IMG/VR virus record: IMGVR_UViG_3300037045_000353
Coordinates: 1 to 34,519 of that record
Strand: one strand, 5' to 3'
Length of the DNA stretch: 34,519 bases
DNA from: a virus
Taxonomy: Duplodnaviria; Caudoviricetes
The position numbers and the translations under genes are program-made. Each line of letters begins with the position of its first letter. Position 1 is the first letter of the stretch. Below the pieces are notes generated by a model, which saw only the letters and a program-made list of their open reading frames with translations, was not told the DNA's origin and did not search any database. Shown one piece after another: positions 16,487 through 24,846 of this stretch.

Positions 16487-17963
16487 TCATCTCAACTCCT
16501 AGCCCGATTCCCATCATATCGACCTGTGACGACATGGCCATCCGCTGTTCCTCGACGATCGCCTTGAGGATTTCCTCGGCCTCGTCTTTGGAGACGCCTT
16601 GAACCTTCATGATGGCTCTGACTTTCGATTGAAGTCCCGCTCCGACGAGAAGGATTTGACGGTTTGCTGTGGCTGTCGCGTCCTCTGCAATCGAATCATC
16701 GAACGACACCGTGACCTCGTAGCTTTCTGGGGCACGATAGACGCCGTAGAGTGCGGACACGTCGGCGATGATGGCAATCAAACGTTGAACGAATGCCTCG
16801 ACCGTCGTCTCATGGCTCTGCTTTGTCCGGAACGTCTCGTCATTCTGCGAGATGACCTCGGTCGCCGTCTTCAAGCCGTTGGCGTCGAAGCTGAATGCGC
16901 CTGGCGACATCCCTATTTGAGTTGCAAGGATGGTCAGATATGCATTGATTGCTCCGATATGCTCCTCGACTCGTAAGGTCGTGCCGACCTCTTGGATCAT
17001 GTTCTCGTCGCCCGTGTCCATCGCCTCATAGACCTCGTCGGATGAATCGAACCAACGTCTCATCTGACCCGTTTGCGTGTCCACGACAGTCCGGATAGCT
17101 TTCTCTGAAACGATGATCCGTTTTTTGCCGAGCTTGAACTCACGTTGAAAACTGTCAAACGCCGCGTCCAAATCTTTGAGCGTGTCCAGCGCATTGGCGA
17201 AGAGAGAGATGCCGAGCGGGGATTGGAAATCGAAGTTGTTTGCGGTGTTCGGTTTCCAATAGGCGAACATCGGACCGCTCAACCCTGTGATGCCGACCCG
17301 TTCCTCAAGATCTGGGTACAACTCGGGTAGCGGCACCTTGACGCCTAACTCCTCACGGTTTTTCGATTTGTAAAGCTCGTTCTTGATGATGTATTCCTGA
17401 CCTTCCCAGACGTGCCATTCGAGCAACGTGTAGCGGTCTTGGCCTTTTGTCGTCTCGGTGACGAATACACCTTCTTGCACTTCGTCGGCCGACCATCTGA
17501 CCGGCACGAAACAATCCGCTGTGACGAACGACACTCTGACCTTGCCATCGAAATAGACCTTCGCGACATGGCCACCTAATGCGAATCCGTATTCGAGATA
17601 ACGTTGATACTCTCGATTGAACGAGTTTGCCTTCAGCACGTCCTTGATGTAGTCCTCGAACGGTTGGTCATCGATATTGATCTCGCATTTTTCGTTGAAG
17701 ATGAGCGTTGCCATCTTAGACGATGCGACCTTTGGCATGTTCAGCGTGGAACGTCTGCGCTCTTTCCTTCCATCCGGCGTCATGTACACGACGTCGTGGA
17801 ACTCTGGGCAATAGCCGCGGTAAAGCATCTTCCACAGCTCGATTCGGCTGTAATGCTCATGCCCGACGTCGACGTTCGCGATCTGCGACACGCTTTTCAG
17901 TCCCTTGATGATGTTCATCCGATACATCAACTCCTTTATCTTGTTGATGAGGCTTTTCAGCAT
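16455..17963 (-). CDS. Portal protein (A118 gp3 type)
   Basis: LNMPKVASSKMATLIFNEK, YTLLEWH, SPLGISLFANA, GLKTATEVISQN and SFDDSI motifs. Confidence 0.93.
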   Translation of the reverse strand: MLKSLINKIKELMYRMNIIKGLKSVSQIANVDVGHEHYSRIELWKMLYRGYCPEFHDVVYMTPDGRKERRRSTLNMPKVASSKMATLIFNEKCEINIDDQPFEDYIKDVLKANSFNREYQRYLEYGFALGGHVAKVYFDGKVRVSFVTADCFVPVRWSADEVQEGVFVTETTKGQDRYTLLEWHVWEGQEYIIKNELYKSKNREELGVKVPLPELYPDLEERVGITGLSGPMFAYWKPNTANNFDFQSPLGISLFANALDTLKDLDAAFDSFQREFKLGKKRIIVSEKAIRTVVDTQTGQMRRWFDSSDEVYEAMDTGDENMIQEVGTTLRVEEHIGAINAYLTILATQIGMSPGAFSFDANGLKTATEVISQNDETFRTKQSHETTVEAFVQRLIAIIADVSALYGVYRAPESYEVTVSFDDSIAEDATATANRQILLVGAGLQSKVRAIMKVQGVSKDEAEEILKAIVEEQRMAMSSQVDMMGIGLGVEMNADTGTNTAE

Positions 17964-17975
17964 CCGCTCACCTCC

Positions 17976-19262
17976 TTAAACGACATAGCGTTTATAAAAA
18001 TAGTTGTTGGCATAACGATCTTCGTCCATTGCGTGGTTCCAGTCGTCGATTGGTTTGCCGTTGCCGTCACGACAGTACATCCCGAGCTCTTTGAGAAAGT
18101 CGTAATGGCCGTAGCGGTCGGTCTCGACGAGGATGAACTGCCCGCTCGTGATGGCGTTCTGCACCCGCTCGATTCCGACCTCGATTCCCTTCGAGCTCCC
18201 TTTGATGTCCCTGGCGTTGTTGTCGGCACCGTCCGTCTGAACGCCGAGCAGATGCAATTCCTCTCGGAGCGACTTACAAGCGGGATCCACGAAGACGCGG
18301 GAATAGTTCAAATTGAATTGGAGGCGTGCCCAATCCATGAATTCCTTGATTTCTTTCGCATATTGACTCATCGCTTTCACTTGGCCCGTCTCCGAACCGC
18401 TGTGATAGTAGTTGGCCACACGGTTGCGCCGGTACCACAAGCGGCCGTCCTCGCGTCTGTGCTTGGTGACGATGTGACAACTGCAGCTGGTCGCATCGCT
18501 CTGACCACCATCGGCGACGAAATACATCTCCATCGGCTCGCCTTCGAGCTGCGGCTTGATGTTCTTTTGCATGTCGAACATGGAATAGATGACCCCTTCC
18601 GGCATGACCCGCTTCCCTTCCCAATCTCGCGCGAACAGATACGGATTCTTCGATAGTGTCTCGTGAATCTCCGCTTTCCGTTCGTCGGTGAGTATCGGGT
18701 TGTCGTGAATCGTCCAATGCGTCCACCGAGTGTTTTGAACCTCGAAAACGTCTGTAATGACCGGATGATTCGGCGCCGGTGGGTTAAGGTCTGCCAGATG
18801 ATAGCGATTCTTTGCCGCGAACGTCCGACGGAAACACTCTTGGATCATGTCGATGTGCAGCAAGTTGATTTCAAGGAAGACGACCGAACCGAGCGACATG
18901 CCGGTGATTGCCTTGTGGCTGTCACTCTTGCCGCCGCCTTTGTAATAGATCTTTCGAATGCCTTTCGATGTCTGCAGTTCCAGATGGTCGCCGTGCTCGT
19001 CGTGTTTCGTTCGAGCCAGATTCCCGAAGATGTGCTGCAAGCCATAGCCGTCACCATCGATGAACAAGCGATAGGCCTGCTCTTGGTTATAACCGACGAT
19101 CAGATGGTTCTCGTCCTCGGTCTCGATGTAATAACGGGCCATCCGGAAGATACCGCCCGTCGTCTTGCCCGAACGTGGCGTCCCTTCATTGACCTCTAGC
19201 GTGACGTCGAATGGCAGTTTGATGAGCCGCTTCTGCTTTTCACCGAATGCTATATTACTCAT
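17976..19262 (-). CDS. terL: Terminase large subunit (PBSX family)
   Basis: Walker A GTPRSGKT; nuclease ADGGQSDAT, VFVDPA and NHAMDEDRY. Confidence 0.95.
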   Translation of the reverse strand: MSNIAFGEKQKRLIKLPFDVTLEVNEGTPRSGKTTGGIFRMARYYIETEDENHLIVGYNQEQAYRLFIDGDGYGLQHIFGNLARTKHDEHGDHLELQTSKGIRKIYYKGGGKSDSHKAITGMSLGSVVFLEINLLHIDMIQECFRRTFAAKNRYHLADLNPPAPNHPVITDVFEVQNTRWTHWTIHDNPILTDERKAEIHETLSKNPYLFARDWEGKRVMPEGVIYSMFDMQKNIKPQLEGEPMEMYFVADGGQSDATSCSCHIVTKHRREDGRLWYRRNRVANYYHSGSETGQVKAMSQYAKEIKEFMDWARLQFNLNYSRVFVDPACKSLREELHLLGVQTDGADNNARDIKGSSKGIEVGIERVQNAITSGQFILVETDRYGHYDFLKELGMYCRDGNGKPIDDWNHAMDEDRYANNYFYKRYVV

Positions 19263-19713
19263 CTTTCATCACATCCAATATAGCTTCAAGCAGCGTCGTG
19301 TCTTTCTTGTCCGACTTGAGCAGTTCGAGCTTGGCCTTGAGATACTCGGTCTGTAGCTTCGCCTGTTCGTAGACGTTCTCGACTGCATTGAGCTCCTTGA
19401 TGGCATTTAAAAACGCCGAGCTGTTCGCCTGGCGCACTCCATTCTCATGTATGCTCGTCTCTGCCGCTTCGACGAGGAAGAGCAACTTCTCGATTGCCTT
19501 CTCACGTGTCCAGATTGCGTCCTTCTTCGCTTCGGCCATCAATTCGTCGTACCTCGCCCTAACCTTGGCATTCTTTAACAGCTTCGATGCCTTATTGTCG
19601 ACCGTCTCGTCTTTCATCCTGCTATTCGGATATGCATCTCGATAGGCGGAACGCTGACTCATGCCGGCTATAACATTCAGCACGAACTTCTCTTGTTTCG
19701 CCGTTAGAGCCAC
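19255..19713 (-). CDS. terS: Terminase small subunit
   Basis: LTAKQEKFV...SQRSAYRDAY...ASKLLKNAKVRARYDEL HTH; AAAGGAGGTG RBS before GTG 19713. Confidence 0.92.
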   Translation of the reverse strand: MALTAKQEKFVLNVIAGMSQRSAYRDAYPNSRMKDETVDNKASKLLKNAKVRARYDELMAEAKKDAIWTREKAIEKLLFLVEAAETSIHENGVRQANSSAFLNAIKELNAVENVYEQAKLQTEYLKAKLELLKSDKKDTTLLEAILDVMKDE

Positions 19714-19797
19714 CGTCTCACCTCCTTTTATGTCTACAAGGCCGCGCGCGTTAGGGGTGTCTAGGGAGTGTCGACACGCGAGCGGTTTTCTAGGCAC

Positions 19798-19819
19798 AAA
19801 AAAGACGCCCGCAGGCGTC
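19798..19819 (-). terminator. Intrinsic terminator-like hairpin
   Basis: GACGCCTGCGGGCGTC-TTTTTT on the minus strand. Confidence 0.75.
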
Positions 19820-19824
19820 GAAGT

Positions 19825-19980
19825 TCAATCTAACTGTTCAAACTTCCATTCGAAGCATTCCTGATGAAACGCATCTTCTCGTTCCTGCCACGTATGCAAC
19901 ACACCGTCACAAATTAAGCAGCACTCCAAATGATTCGTATTCCGTTCCTGATCAGCCAGCAACTCTTTTGCATGACCCAT
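19825..19980 (-). CDS. 51-aa putative Zn-binding microprotein (not in ORF track)
   Basis: MGHAKELLADQERNTNHLECCLICDGVLHTWQEREDAFHQECFEWKFEQLD; AGGAGCGTG RBS; CxxC...HxxC; terminator right after the stop. Confidence 0.7.
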   Translation of the reverse strand: MGHAKELLADQERNTNHLECCLICDGVLHTWQEREDAFHQECFEWKFEQLD

Positions 19981-20100
19981 ATAATCACGCTCCTATATAT
20001 TCTTTTGCCAAGTTCGTTTACCTGACACTTTATATAGGCGTTTCACATGCGAAATTAGCAGGTTTTTTGAAAAATTGTGGATAACTTTCGTTCGACAAAC

Positions 20101-20124
20101 AAAAAAGACGCCCCTAGGAGCGTC
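20101..20124 (-). terminator. Intrinsic terminator-like hairpin
   Basis: GACGCTCCTAGGGGCGTC-TTTTTT on the minus strand. Confidence 0.75.
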
Positions 20125-20130
20125 ACAGTT

Positions 20131-20637
20131 TTAAACCATTCTTGCTTCGTGCACAGCTGTCATAAAGTCTTTCATTACTTTCTCGAAGAATAATGAGTCT
20201 AAGAGCACGTTTGATTTAATAATGTTTGAATCATCTTGAATCTGAGGTTTCAAAATGAAAGCGTCACCTAATGCATTTAAAGACAATAAGTATTTTTCGG
20301 TATTGTCTGTACCACCATCAGGTTGAACTCTAAATTCGAACATCACTTCAGAACCTTGGCGAACATTCTCGACAAGAATGTAGTTGTTAGCTTTTGAATA
20401 ACGACTATAATCGTTTCTTACTATAAAACTTTTACCATTAGACTCAGTCTCAACGTAAAGCTCGTAATTTGTCAGTTCTAAAAATTCTTCAAAACCTTTT
20501 CGCAAAGATGTCATAAGTTTTCCTGAATTTCGAACAAATTCATAAGCTTTGGCATTCAGACTGATTAAATTCAAGACTTCTTTAAGCTGCTCAGTCTTAG
20601 GTAATAATGTTTCACTTTTTTCGGTTGCCTCACTCAT
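20131..20637 (-). CDS. Hypothetical AT-rich moron protein (168 aa)
   Basis: GGAGGTG RBS before ATG 20637; own terminator; no recognised motif. Confidence 0.8.
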   Translation of the reverse strand: MSEATEKSETLLPKTEQLKEVLNLISLNAKAYEFVRNSGKLMTSLRKGFEEFLELTNYELYVETESNGKSFIVRNDYSRYSKANNYILVENVRQGSEVMFEFRVQPDGGTDNTEKYLLSLNALGDAFILKPQIQDDSNIIKSNVLLDSLFFEKVMKDFMTAVHEARMV

Positions 20638-20755
20638 TTTAATCACCTCCTTCCATAAATGAATTTTCTCATGGAAAAAGAGGAATTACTAGTATTTGGT
20701 AATTGTAATTTTAATTTGTAATGTATTTGGAAATGTTGGAGACATCCACTCTTTC

Positions 20756-20821
20756 ATCTTACTTGCGATTTCAAACTAATGGTTACCTGTATCTCTCCTA
20801 AATCTCTCCTGTTTTTTACCT
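20756..20821 (-). promoter_or_regulatory. Probable late promoter with four 11-bp-phased activator repeats
   Basis: Minus strand AGGTAAAAAAC-AGGAGAGATTT-AGGAGAGATAC-AGGTAACCATT, followed by -10-like TAAGAT (20756-20761), pointing toward terS. Confidence 0.65.
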
Positions 20822-20874
20822 CTACAAATGCTTATAATTTAATCAATACTAAACGACAAAGGAGAAAACAGTAA

Positions 20875-21615
20875 ATGCGACCAAAAGATAATAATCTTGA
20901 AATTGTTCTCAAATCGACAAAGTCTTTGGATTTCAAAAGAATTGTAGCTGACATTATCGATAAGATTACCCCTATCCCAGCACGTTCTATCTTAGAGAAC
21001 TGTGAAGTATTTACTAGTAACCTTAGAACAAATTATATAGATGTATTGATGGCGAAAATTTATGCAGACTCTAATCGCCATGAAGAAGATTTAGAAGCTC
21101 TATTTTCACAGTTAAAAAATAATGATGCACTTCAGATTTACATAGGAAGATGTATAGAAATTTCCAAACAGACTAATAGTAATATTGCAACCATCCTATT
21201 AGGTATCTATTCAGGACAAGTTTTTGTAAATCCTGAACTCTTAAAAAGTCATATTTCAGTGGTTATGCTAGAAATTCTATCGAGTTTGAACGATACCGAT
21301 ATAAAGCACTTTTGCACGTTATACGATTATTTAATTGATCATCAAGAATCCGGTGTCTCTTCACATCAAGCCTATTACGGATTAAATGAAATGAAACACG
21401 AATCATTTCTCAAAGAACAAATACAAGTCGACCCTAATCTAGTTTCATATTTTACAAGTGTTAATAAACTTTCAAACTTAGGATTAATATCGAAAGGTGC
21501 TGGGATGTGGGGTGGCATTGATAATTTTGCAGTCACTATTAACGCATACAGCCATGCACTTAAAGATTTAATTTTGGAATATGAAGAGCTTTCGAAATAT
21601 CAAACTTCACCATAA
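20875..21615 (+). CDS. Abi-alpha (DUF4393)-like protein, moron
   Basis: AAAGGAG RBS and upstream TATAAT. Motifs MLEILSSLNDTDIKHF, VNKLSNLGLI and VTINAYSHALKDLI resemble the Abi-alpha C-terminal winged helix. Opposite strand to the lytic genes and AT-rich. Confidence 0.55.
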   Translation: MRPKDNNLEIVLKSTKSLDFKRIVADIIDKITPIPARSILENCEVFTSNLRTNYIDVLMAKIYADSNRHEEDLEALFSQLKNNDALQIYIGRCIEISKQTNSNIATILLGIYSGQVFVNPELLKSHISVVMLEILSSLNDTDIKHFCTLYDYLIDHQESGVSSHQAYYGLNEMKHESFLKEQIQVDPNLVSYFTSVNKLSNLGLISKGAGMWGGIDNFAVTINAYSHALKDLILEYEELSKYQTSP

Positions 21616-22074
21616 TCTGAAAACATCAGCTATCTGCCCACGAAGTCCGTCAAGCGCATTGTAGTAACGGTCATTGCCCCACCCCAGCTCATCACGCACA
21701 TGGATGTCCTTGCGCCGGCGTCTTTTGTATTTATAATCCCAAACGGTCAACTCGTCCTCGGCTAAGTAAGTACGTATCGTGTTCATCTTTTCGAATTCAT
21801 TTTTAATGACAATCAATTCGCGCTCAGCTTCAACAATCATCTGGTCATAGTGCTGCTGTTCTTTTAAACGATGCGGATGACTCATCGACTCACTGGCAGC
21901 ATAGTTGACAGTCAGAGAGGACCGAAGACTTATCTCCGGTCCACCATTGATGATTTCCTCTGCCTGTTGGATTAGCAAAGGGAGTCTGAAATATCGATGA
22001 AGCAATTCATCTACTTGTCTGCGTAATCGCTTGTCGTCTTTGACACGCGTTTCAATCCATTTGAGTTGGTTCAA
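21607..22074 (-). CDS. arpU: ArpU/RinA-like late transcriptional activator
   Basis: End of the early operon; VDELLHRY, SSLTVNY, YLAEDELTVWDYKY...DIHVRDELGWGNDRYYN sigma-region-4-like HTH. Confidence 0.8.
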   Translation of the reverse strand: MNQLKWIETRVKDDKRLRRQVDELLHRYFRLPLLIQQAEEIINGGPEISLRSSLTVNYAASESMSHPHRLKEQQHYDQMIVEAERELIVIKNEFEKMNTIRTYLAEDELTVWDYKYKRRRRKDIHVRDELGWGNDRYYNALDGLRGQIADVFRLW

Positions 22075-22231
22075 TCTGCTTCACCTCACTGAATATTTGT
22101 TTTTGATGATTGAGAGATTGTTTTTCAAAGAGTATTCCAGCCAAATAAATCGCCCGCTCACGTTGCATGTCTTGGGCGTACCGTCTCCGGCGATACTGTT
22201 CAAGGCTAATGACTTTCGGTTGCTCCCTCAT
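22052..22231 (-). CDS. Hypothetical 59-aa protein (not in ORF track)
   Basis: MREQPKVISLEQYRRRR...; AAGGTG RBS; overlaps both neighbours. Confidence 0.6.
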   Translation of the reverse strand: MREQPKVISLEQYRRRRYAQDMQRERAIYLAGILFEKQSLNHQKQIFSEVKQIEPTQMD

Positions 22232-22358
22232 ACTTAATCACCTTCAGCAATTCGCCGCCTTTCTGTTGAATGAACTGCTCACATTCTGCTTTCGAACGTT
22301 TCCATGTCACTATTTTTTCGTGACGCCCATCTTTGACGTAATAGATCCTGACGAACAT
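22206..22358 (-). CDS. Hypothetical 50-aa protein (not in ORF track)
   Basis: MFVRIYYVKDGRHEKIVTWKRSKAECEQFIQQKGGELLKVIKYEGATESH; GAGGAG RBS. Confidence 0.6.
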   Translation of the reverse strand: MFVRIYYVKDGRHEKIVTWKRSKAECEQFIQQKGGELLKVIKYEGATESH

Positions 22359-22363
22359 CAATC

Positions 22364-22582
22364 TTACTCCTCATAGTGTTTGACGAGAGAACGCCCGCAT
22401 AACGATTCAATCTGTTCAATGGTCATCATCTTGACGAGTCGATCTAGTGGTTGAAAGTATGTTGCGCGAGGAATGATTTCGTAGTAGCCGTTCTTAAAAT
22501 CGATACCGCTTGCGACCGGGTGGCCCTTATACATGAAGGTGACCCGATTTTTGAGTCTCTTATTAGGGATGATTTGAATCAT
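22364..22582 (-). CDS. Hypothetical early protein
   Basis: GGAGGAG RBS; ATGA coupling with the upstream gene. Confidence 0.75.
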   Translation of the reverse strand: MIQIIPNKRLKNRVTFMYKGHPVASGIDFKNGYYEIIPRATYFQPLDRLVKMMTIEQIESLCGRSLVKHYEE

Positions 22583-22809
22583 TCTGTTCTCTCCTCCAAC
22601 ACCTGTAGCATCACGCGAGTCGTTGCAAGCTCGGCCATAATGGCACGTGAGGGTGAGCTTTCTGCGTTCCTCACAATCATTTCGATATGATTGATTGCGT
22701 TTGTCAGAACGTCACACTCCCTTTCTTTCAGCTGCAGTAGCTGCAATGCATCAAGTAACATTTCGTTCTCTGTTTCCAAATGCCTAACCCTCTCCTGAAT
22801 GTCCATCAT
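22579..22809 (-). CDS. Hypothetical coiled-coil early protein
   Basis: GGAGG RBS fits ATG 22809; operon packing. Confidence 0.7.
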   Translation of the reverse strand: MMDIQERVRHLETENEMLLDALQLLQLKERECDVLTNAINHIEMIVRNAESSPSRAIMAELATTRVMLQVLEERTE

Positions 22810-22901
22810 TTCATCCTCCATTTTTCATGAATGTTCCAAACAATGTATCCGACACAGATGGCAATTCCAGCTATCACGAATTCCGTCTCAGAATCAATCA
22901 T
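22806..22901 (-). CDS. 31-aa single-TM peptide
   Basis: MIDSETEFVIAGIAICVGYIVWNIHEKWRMK; ATGA overlaps on both sides. Confidence 0.55.
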   Translation of the reverse strand: MIDSETEFVIAGIAICVGYIVWNIHEKWRMK

Positions 22902-23008
22902 CGCTCAAGCTCTTGAACGTGTTCATACGACCAAATGAGGATAATGATCAATGAAACGGCAGGGACTGCCACAATAGCAGCCGCTGCCATAATCCCCAAC
23001 ATTGTCAT
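22898..23008 (-). CDS. 36-aa single-TM peptide
   Basis: MTMLGIMAAAAIVAVPAVSLIIILIWSYEHVQELER; ATGA overlaps on both sides. Confidence 0.55.
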   Translation of the reverse strand: MTMLGIMAAAAIVAVPAVSLIIILIWSYEHVQELER

Positions 23009-23145
23009 GCGACTCGATCTTCTTCTAATTTCTTCAGTAGTTCGTCAAATCGACGCTCTGCCTCTGCAATCTTCTCTGGGTCCGTTTCTATCACCGGTTT
23101 ATAAGCCCAGCAGTTGCCTTCTTCCGTATATTTAAAAGGGTCCAT
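23005..23145 (-). CDS. Hypothetical 46-aa protein
   Basis: AAGGAGTG RBS before ATG 23145 (MDPFKY...). Confidence 0.65.
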   Translation of the reverse strand: MDPFKYTEEGNCWAYKPVIETDPEKIAEAERRFDELLKKLEEDRVA

Positions 23146-23158
23146 CTCGTTCACTCCT

Positions 23159-24154
23159 TCATTCAAATAAGAGACTGGATAGGTCTTCGTTTTCAGACTT
23201 GGCAAGCTTCAGTCGCGCACTTTCTTCAGGCATCGCAATCGAAAATGACATCTTCGTAATCCTGGACTGGATTCGTCCATCGTCCATTTGGAACTTCTGG
23301 CCAAGTTCCTCGACTGGGATGTTTGACGTGAAGATGGTAGGTAGTTCTTTCGTCATGCGATGATTTAGCAAACGGTATAGTATCTGATTGACAAAAGTGC
23401 TGTCGCTCTCGACACCCAAGTCATCCAAGACGAGCACGTCGGCATTTTTCACAGCGTCTGTGACATCCTTTGTTTTCAATTTGCTGTCATTGTCGAATGT
23501 CTCCTTGATCTGTTCAATCAAATCAACTAGTACCGCATACCTGACGTCAATTTGTTCGCCGCGCTCCGCATGGATTTGAATCAATGCATTTGCAATCGAT
23601 GCACCAAGTCGCGTTTTCCCGCTGCCTTTAGTCCGGCTCCAGAAGTACAGCCCCTTTCCGCTGAAATCAACCTTGATTCGGTCGAAGTTACGAACAAAGT
23701 TGGCAGCTGCTTGCTTGGCTCTAGAAGCAATGGCTTTCGCCTCTTCATGTTCATAGATGTTCACATCGAAGCTTCTCAGGGTCAGCCCACGAAATTCCTC
23801 CGGGATCCCTGCAATCCGTGCCCGATTCTTGAGACGCAATTGAGGCAAACACTTACATGCTTTTTGATATTCATATGGTGGATAGATAGGCAGACGCTTC
23901 CCCTGCACCCGTCGCTCTTCACGGTCTTTCAATTGGCGTTCATGTTCCTCATGGTCGTAAACCAAGACATGCCCTGTCCCATCGCACGTCCCGAATGGGC
24001 ACTGGTCAGAAATCGAGTTCTGAATCGTCAAAGTCTTTCCATTCTCCTTTAGCACGGAGCTCGGCTTCTCGCTCTGCGAGATAGTCGCGTGGAGTTTCGC
24101 TTTGGCTGCCACTTTCATGAGTAGTTCGTCCATTTCGTCGGCCACTCGTTGCAT
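23159..24154 (-). CDS. DnaC/IstB-like AAA+ helicase loader
   Basis: CPFGTCDGTG/CKC Zn site, Walker A TKGSGKT, Walker B VLVLDDLG, PTIFTSN and RIQSRI. Confidence 0.93.
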   Translation of the reverse strand: MQRVADEMDELLMKVAAKAKLHATISQSEKPSSVLKENGKTLTIQNSISDQCPFGTCDGTGHVLVYDHEEHERQLKDREERRVQGKRLPIYPPYEYQKACKCLPQLRLKNRARIAGIPEEFRGLTLRSFDVNIYEHEEAKAIASRAKQAAANFVRNFDRIKVDFSGKGLYFWSRTKGSGKTRLGASIANALIQIHAERGEQIDVRYAVLVDLIEQIKETFDNDSKLKTKDVTDAVKNADVLVLDDLGVESDSTFVNQILYRLLNHRMTKELPTIFTSNIPVEELGQKFQMDDGRIQSRITKMSFSIAMPEESARLKLAKSENEDLSSLLFE

Positions 24155-24839
24155 GATTGTTTGCCCCTTTCTTTCGCAGCGCTTCGAAGTCTGACAAAGT
24201 TTTGATGCCTTGATGATCTCTCAAGTTGGCCAAGATGCCGGATGCATAGTCCCACTTCTTACCACGCTCGATTGCAATATCGATAGCTCGAACAATTAGG
24301 TCAGGTTCCATACCTTGCTCGAGGAACTTATCAATGGCTCTTGACACAAGTGATGGGATATTCCCGTAATTATTTTGATAATGCTCGACAATGATTTTCT
24401 GACTACTACCGGTAGTAGTGTTAGTTAAATCATTCTTAGTTAAGTTATTCTTAGTTAAATCATTATTAGTAGTGGCAGGTTTACCGCTGCGGGTAATCCG
24501 TTGCGGTAAACCCGTTGCGGTAAATCCGCAATGGTTAGGAAGCTCGTAGACTGTTACATTGTGGTGCTTAATTCTCCCTCTCTCATCCCGCACTTCTTCT
24601 TGAGTTAAATAACCATGTTGTTCAAGTTCTTTTAGTGCTCCACGCAGTGAGTCTCTTCCATCAGTAAAATGCTTAACCAATTCTGACTTGAATAATATCC
24701 AGTCGTCTGGAAGGCTCAAAATGTAAGCTAGTACACCTTTTGCTTTCGCGGACAACTCGGGGTTCTGCAGGAACCCCTTGTCCATCATCACGAAATTACT
24801 TTCTTTTCTGACACGATTAATTCGCCCATGTCCCATCAT
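24006..24839 (-). CDS. Replication initiator (N-terminal HTH, DnaD-like C-domain)
   Basis: NFVMMDKGFLQNPELSAKAKGVLAYILSLPDDW...LKELEQHGY; LIVRAIDIA...WDYASGILANL; internal iterons. Confidence 0.9.
   Translation of the reverse strand: MMGHGRINRVRKESNFVMMDKGFLQNPELSAKAKGVLAYILSLPDDWILFKSELVKHFTDGRDSLRGALKELEQHGYLTQEEVRDERGRIKHHNVTVYELPNHCGFTATGLPQRITRSGKPATTNNDLTKNNLTKNDLTNTTTGSSQKIIVEHYQNNYGNIPSLVSRAIDKFLEQGMEPDLIVRAIDIAIERGKKWDYASGILANLRDHQGIKTLSDFEALRKKGANNHATSGRRNGRTTHESGSQSETPRDYLAEREAELRAKGEWKDFDDSELDF
24421..24530. repeat. Probable replication origin: 14-bp iterons plus AT-rich 15-bp repeats
   Basis: CCGCTGCGGGTAAT/CCGTTGCGGTAAAC/CCGTTGCGGTAAAT at 24484, 24498 and 24512; TTAGTTAAATCATTC-type x3 at 24421-24465. 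Confidence 0.85.
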
Positions 24840-24846
24840 CTACACC

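Noticed and set aside
17604-18656. 350-aa plus-strand ORF
   Set aside because: Antisense to terL/portal in GC-rich DNA, with no RBS or motif; a codon-bias shadow.
24421-24530. Possible CRISPR-like or DGR repeats
   Set aside because: Tandem repeats with no spacers inside the initiator gene, so ordinary origin iterons. No cas or reverse transcriptase gene in the window.
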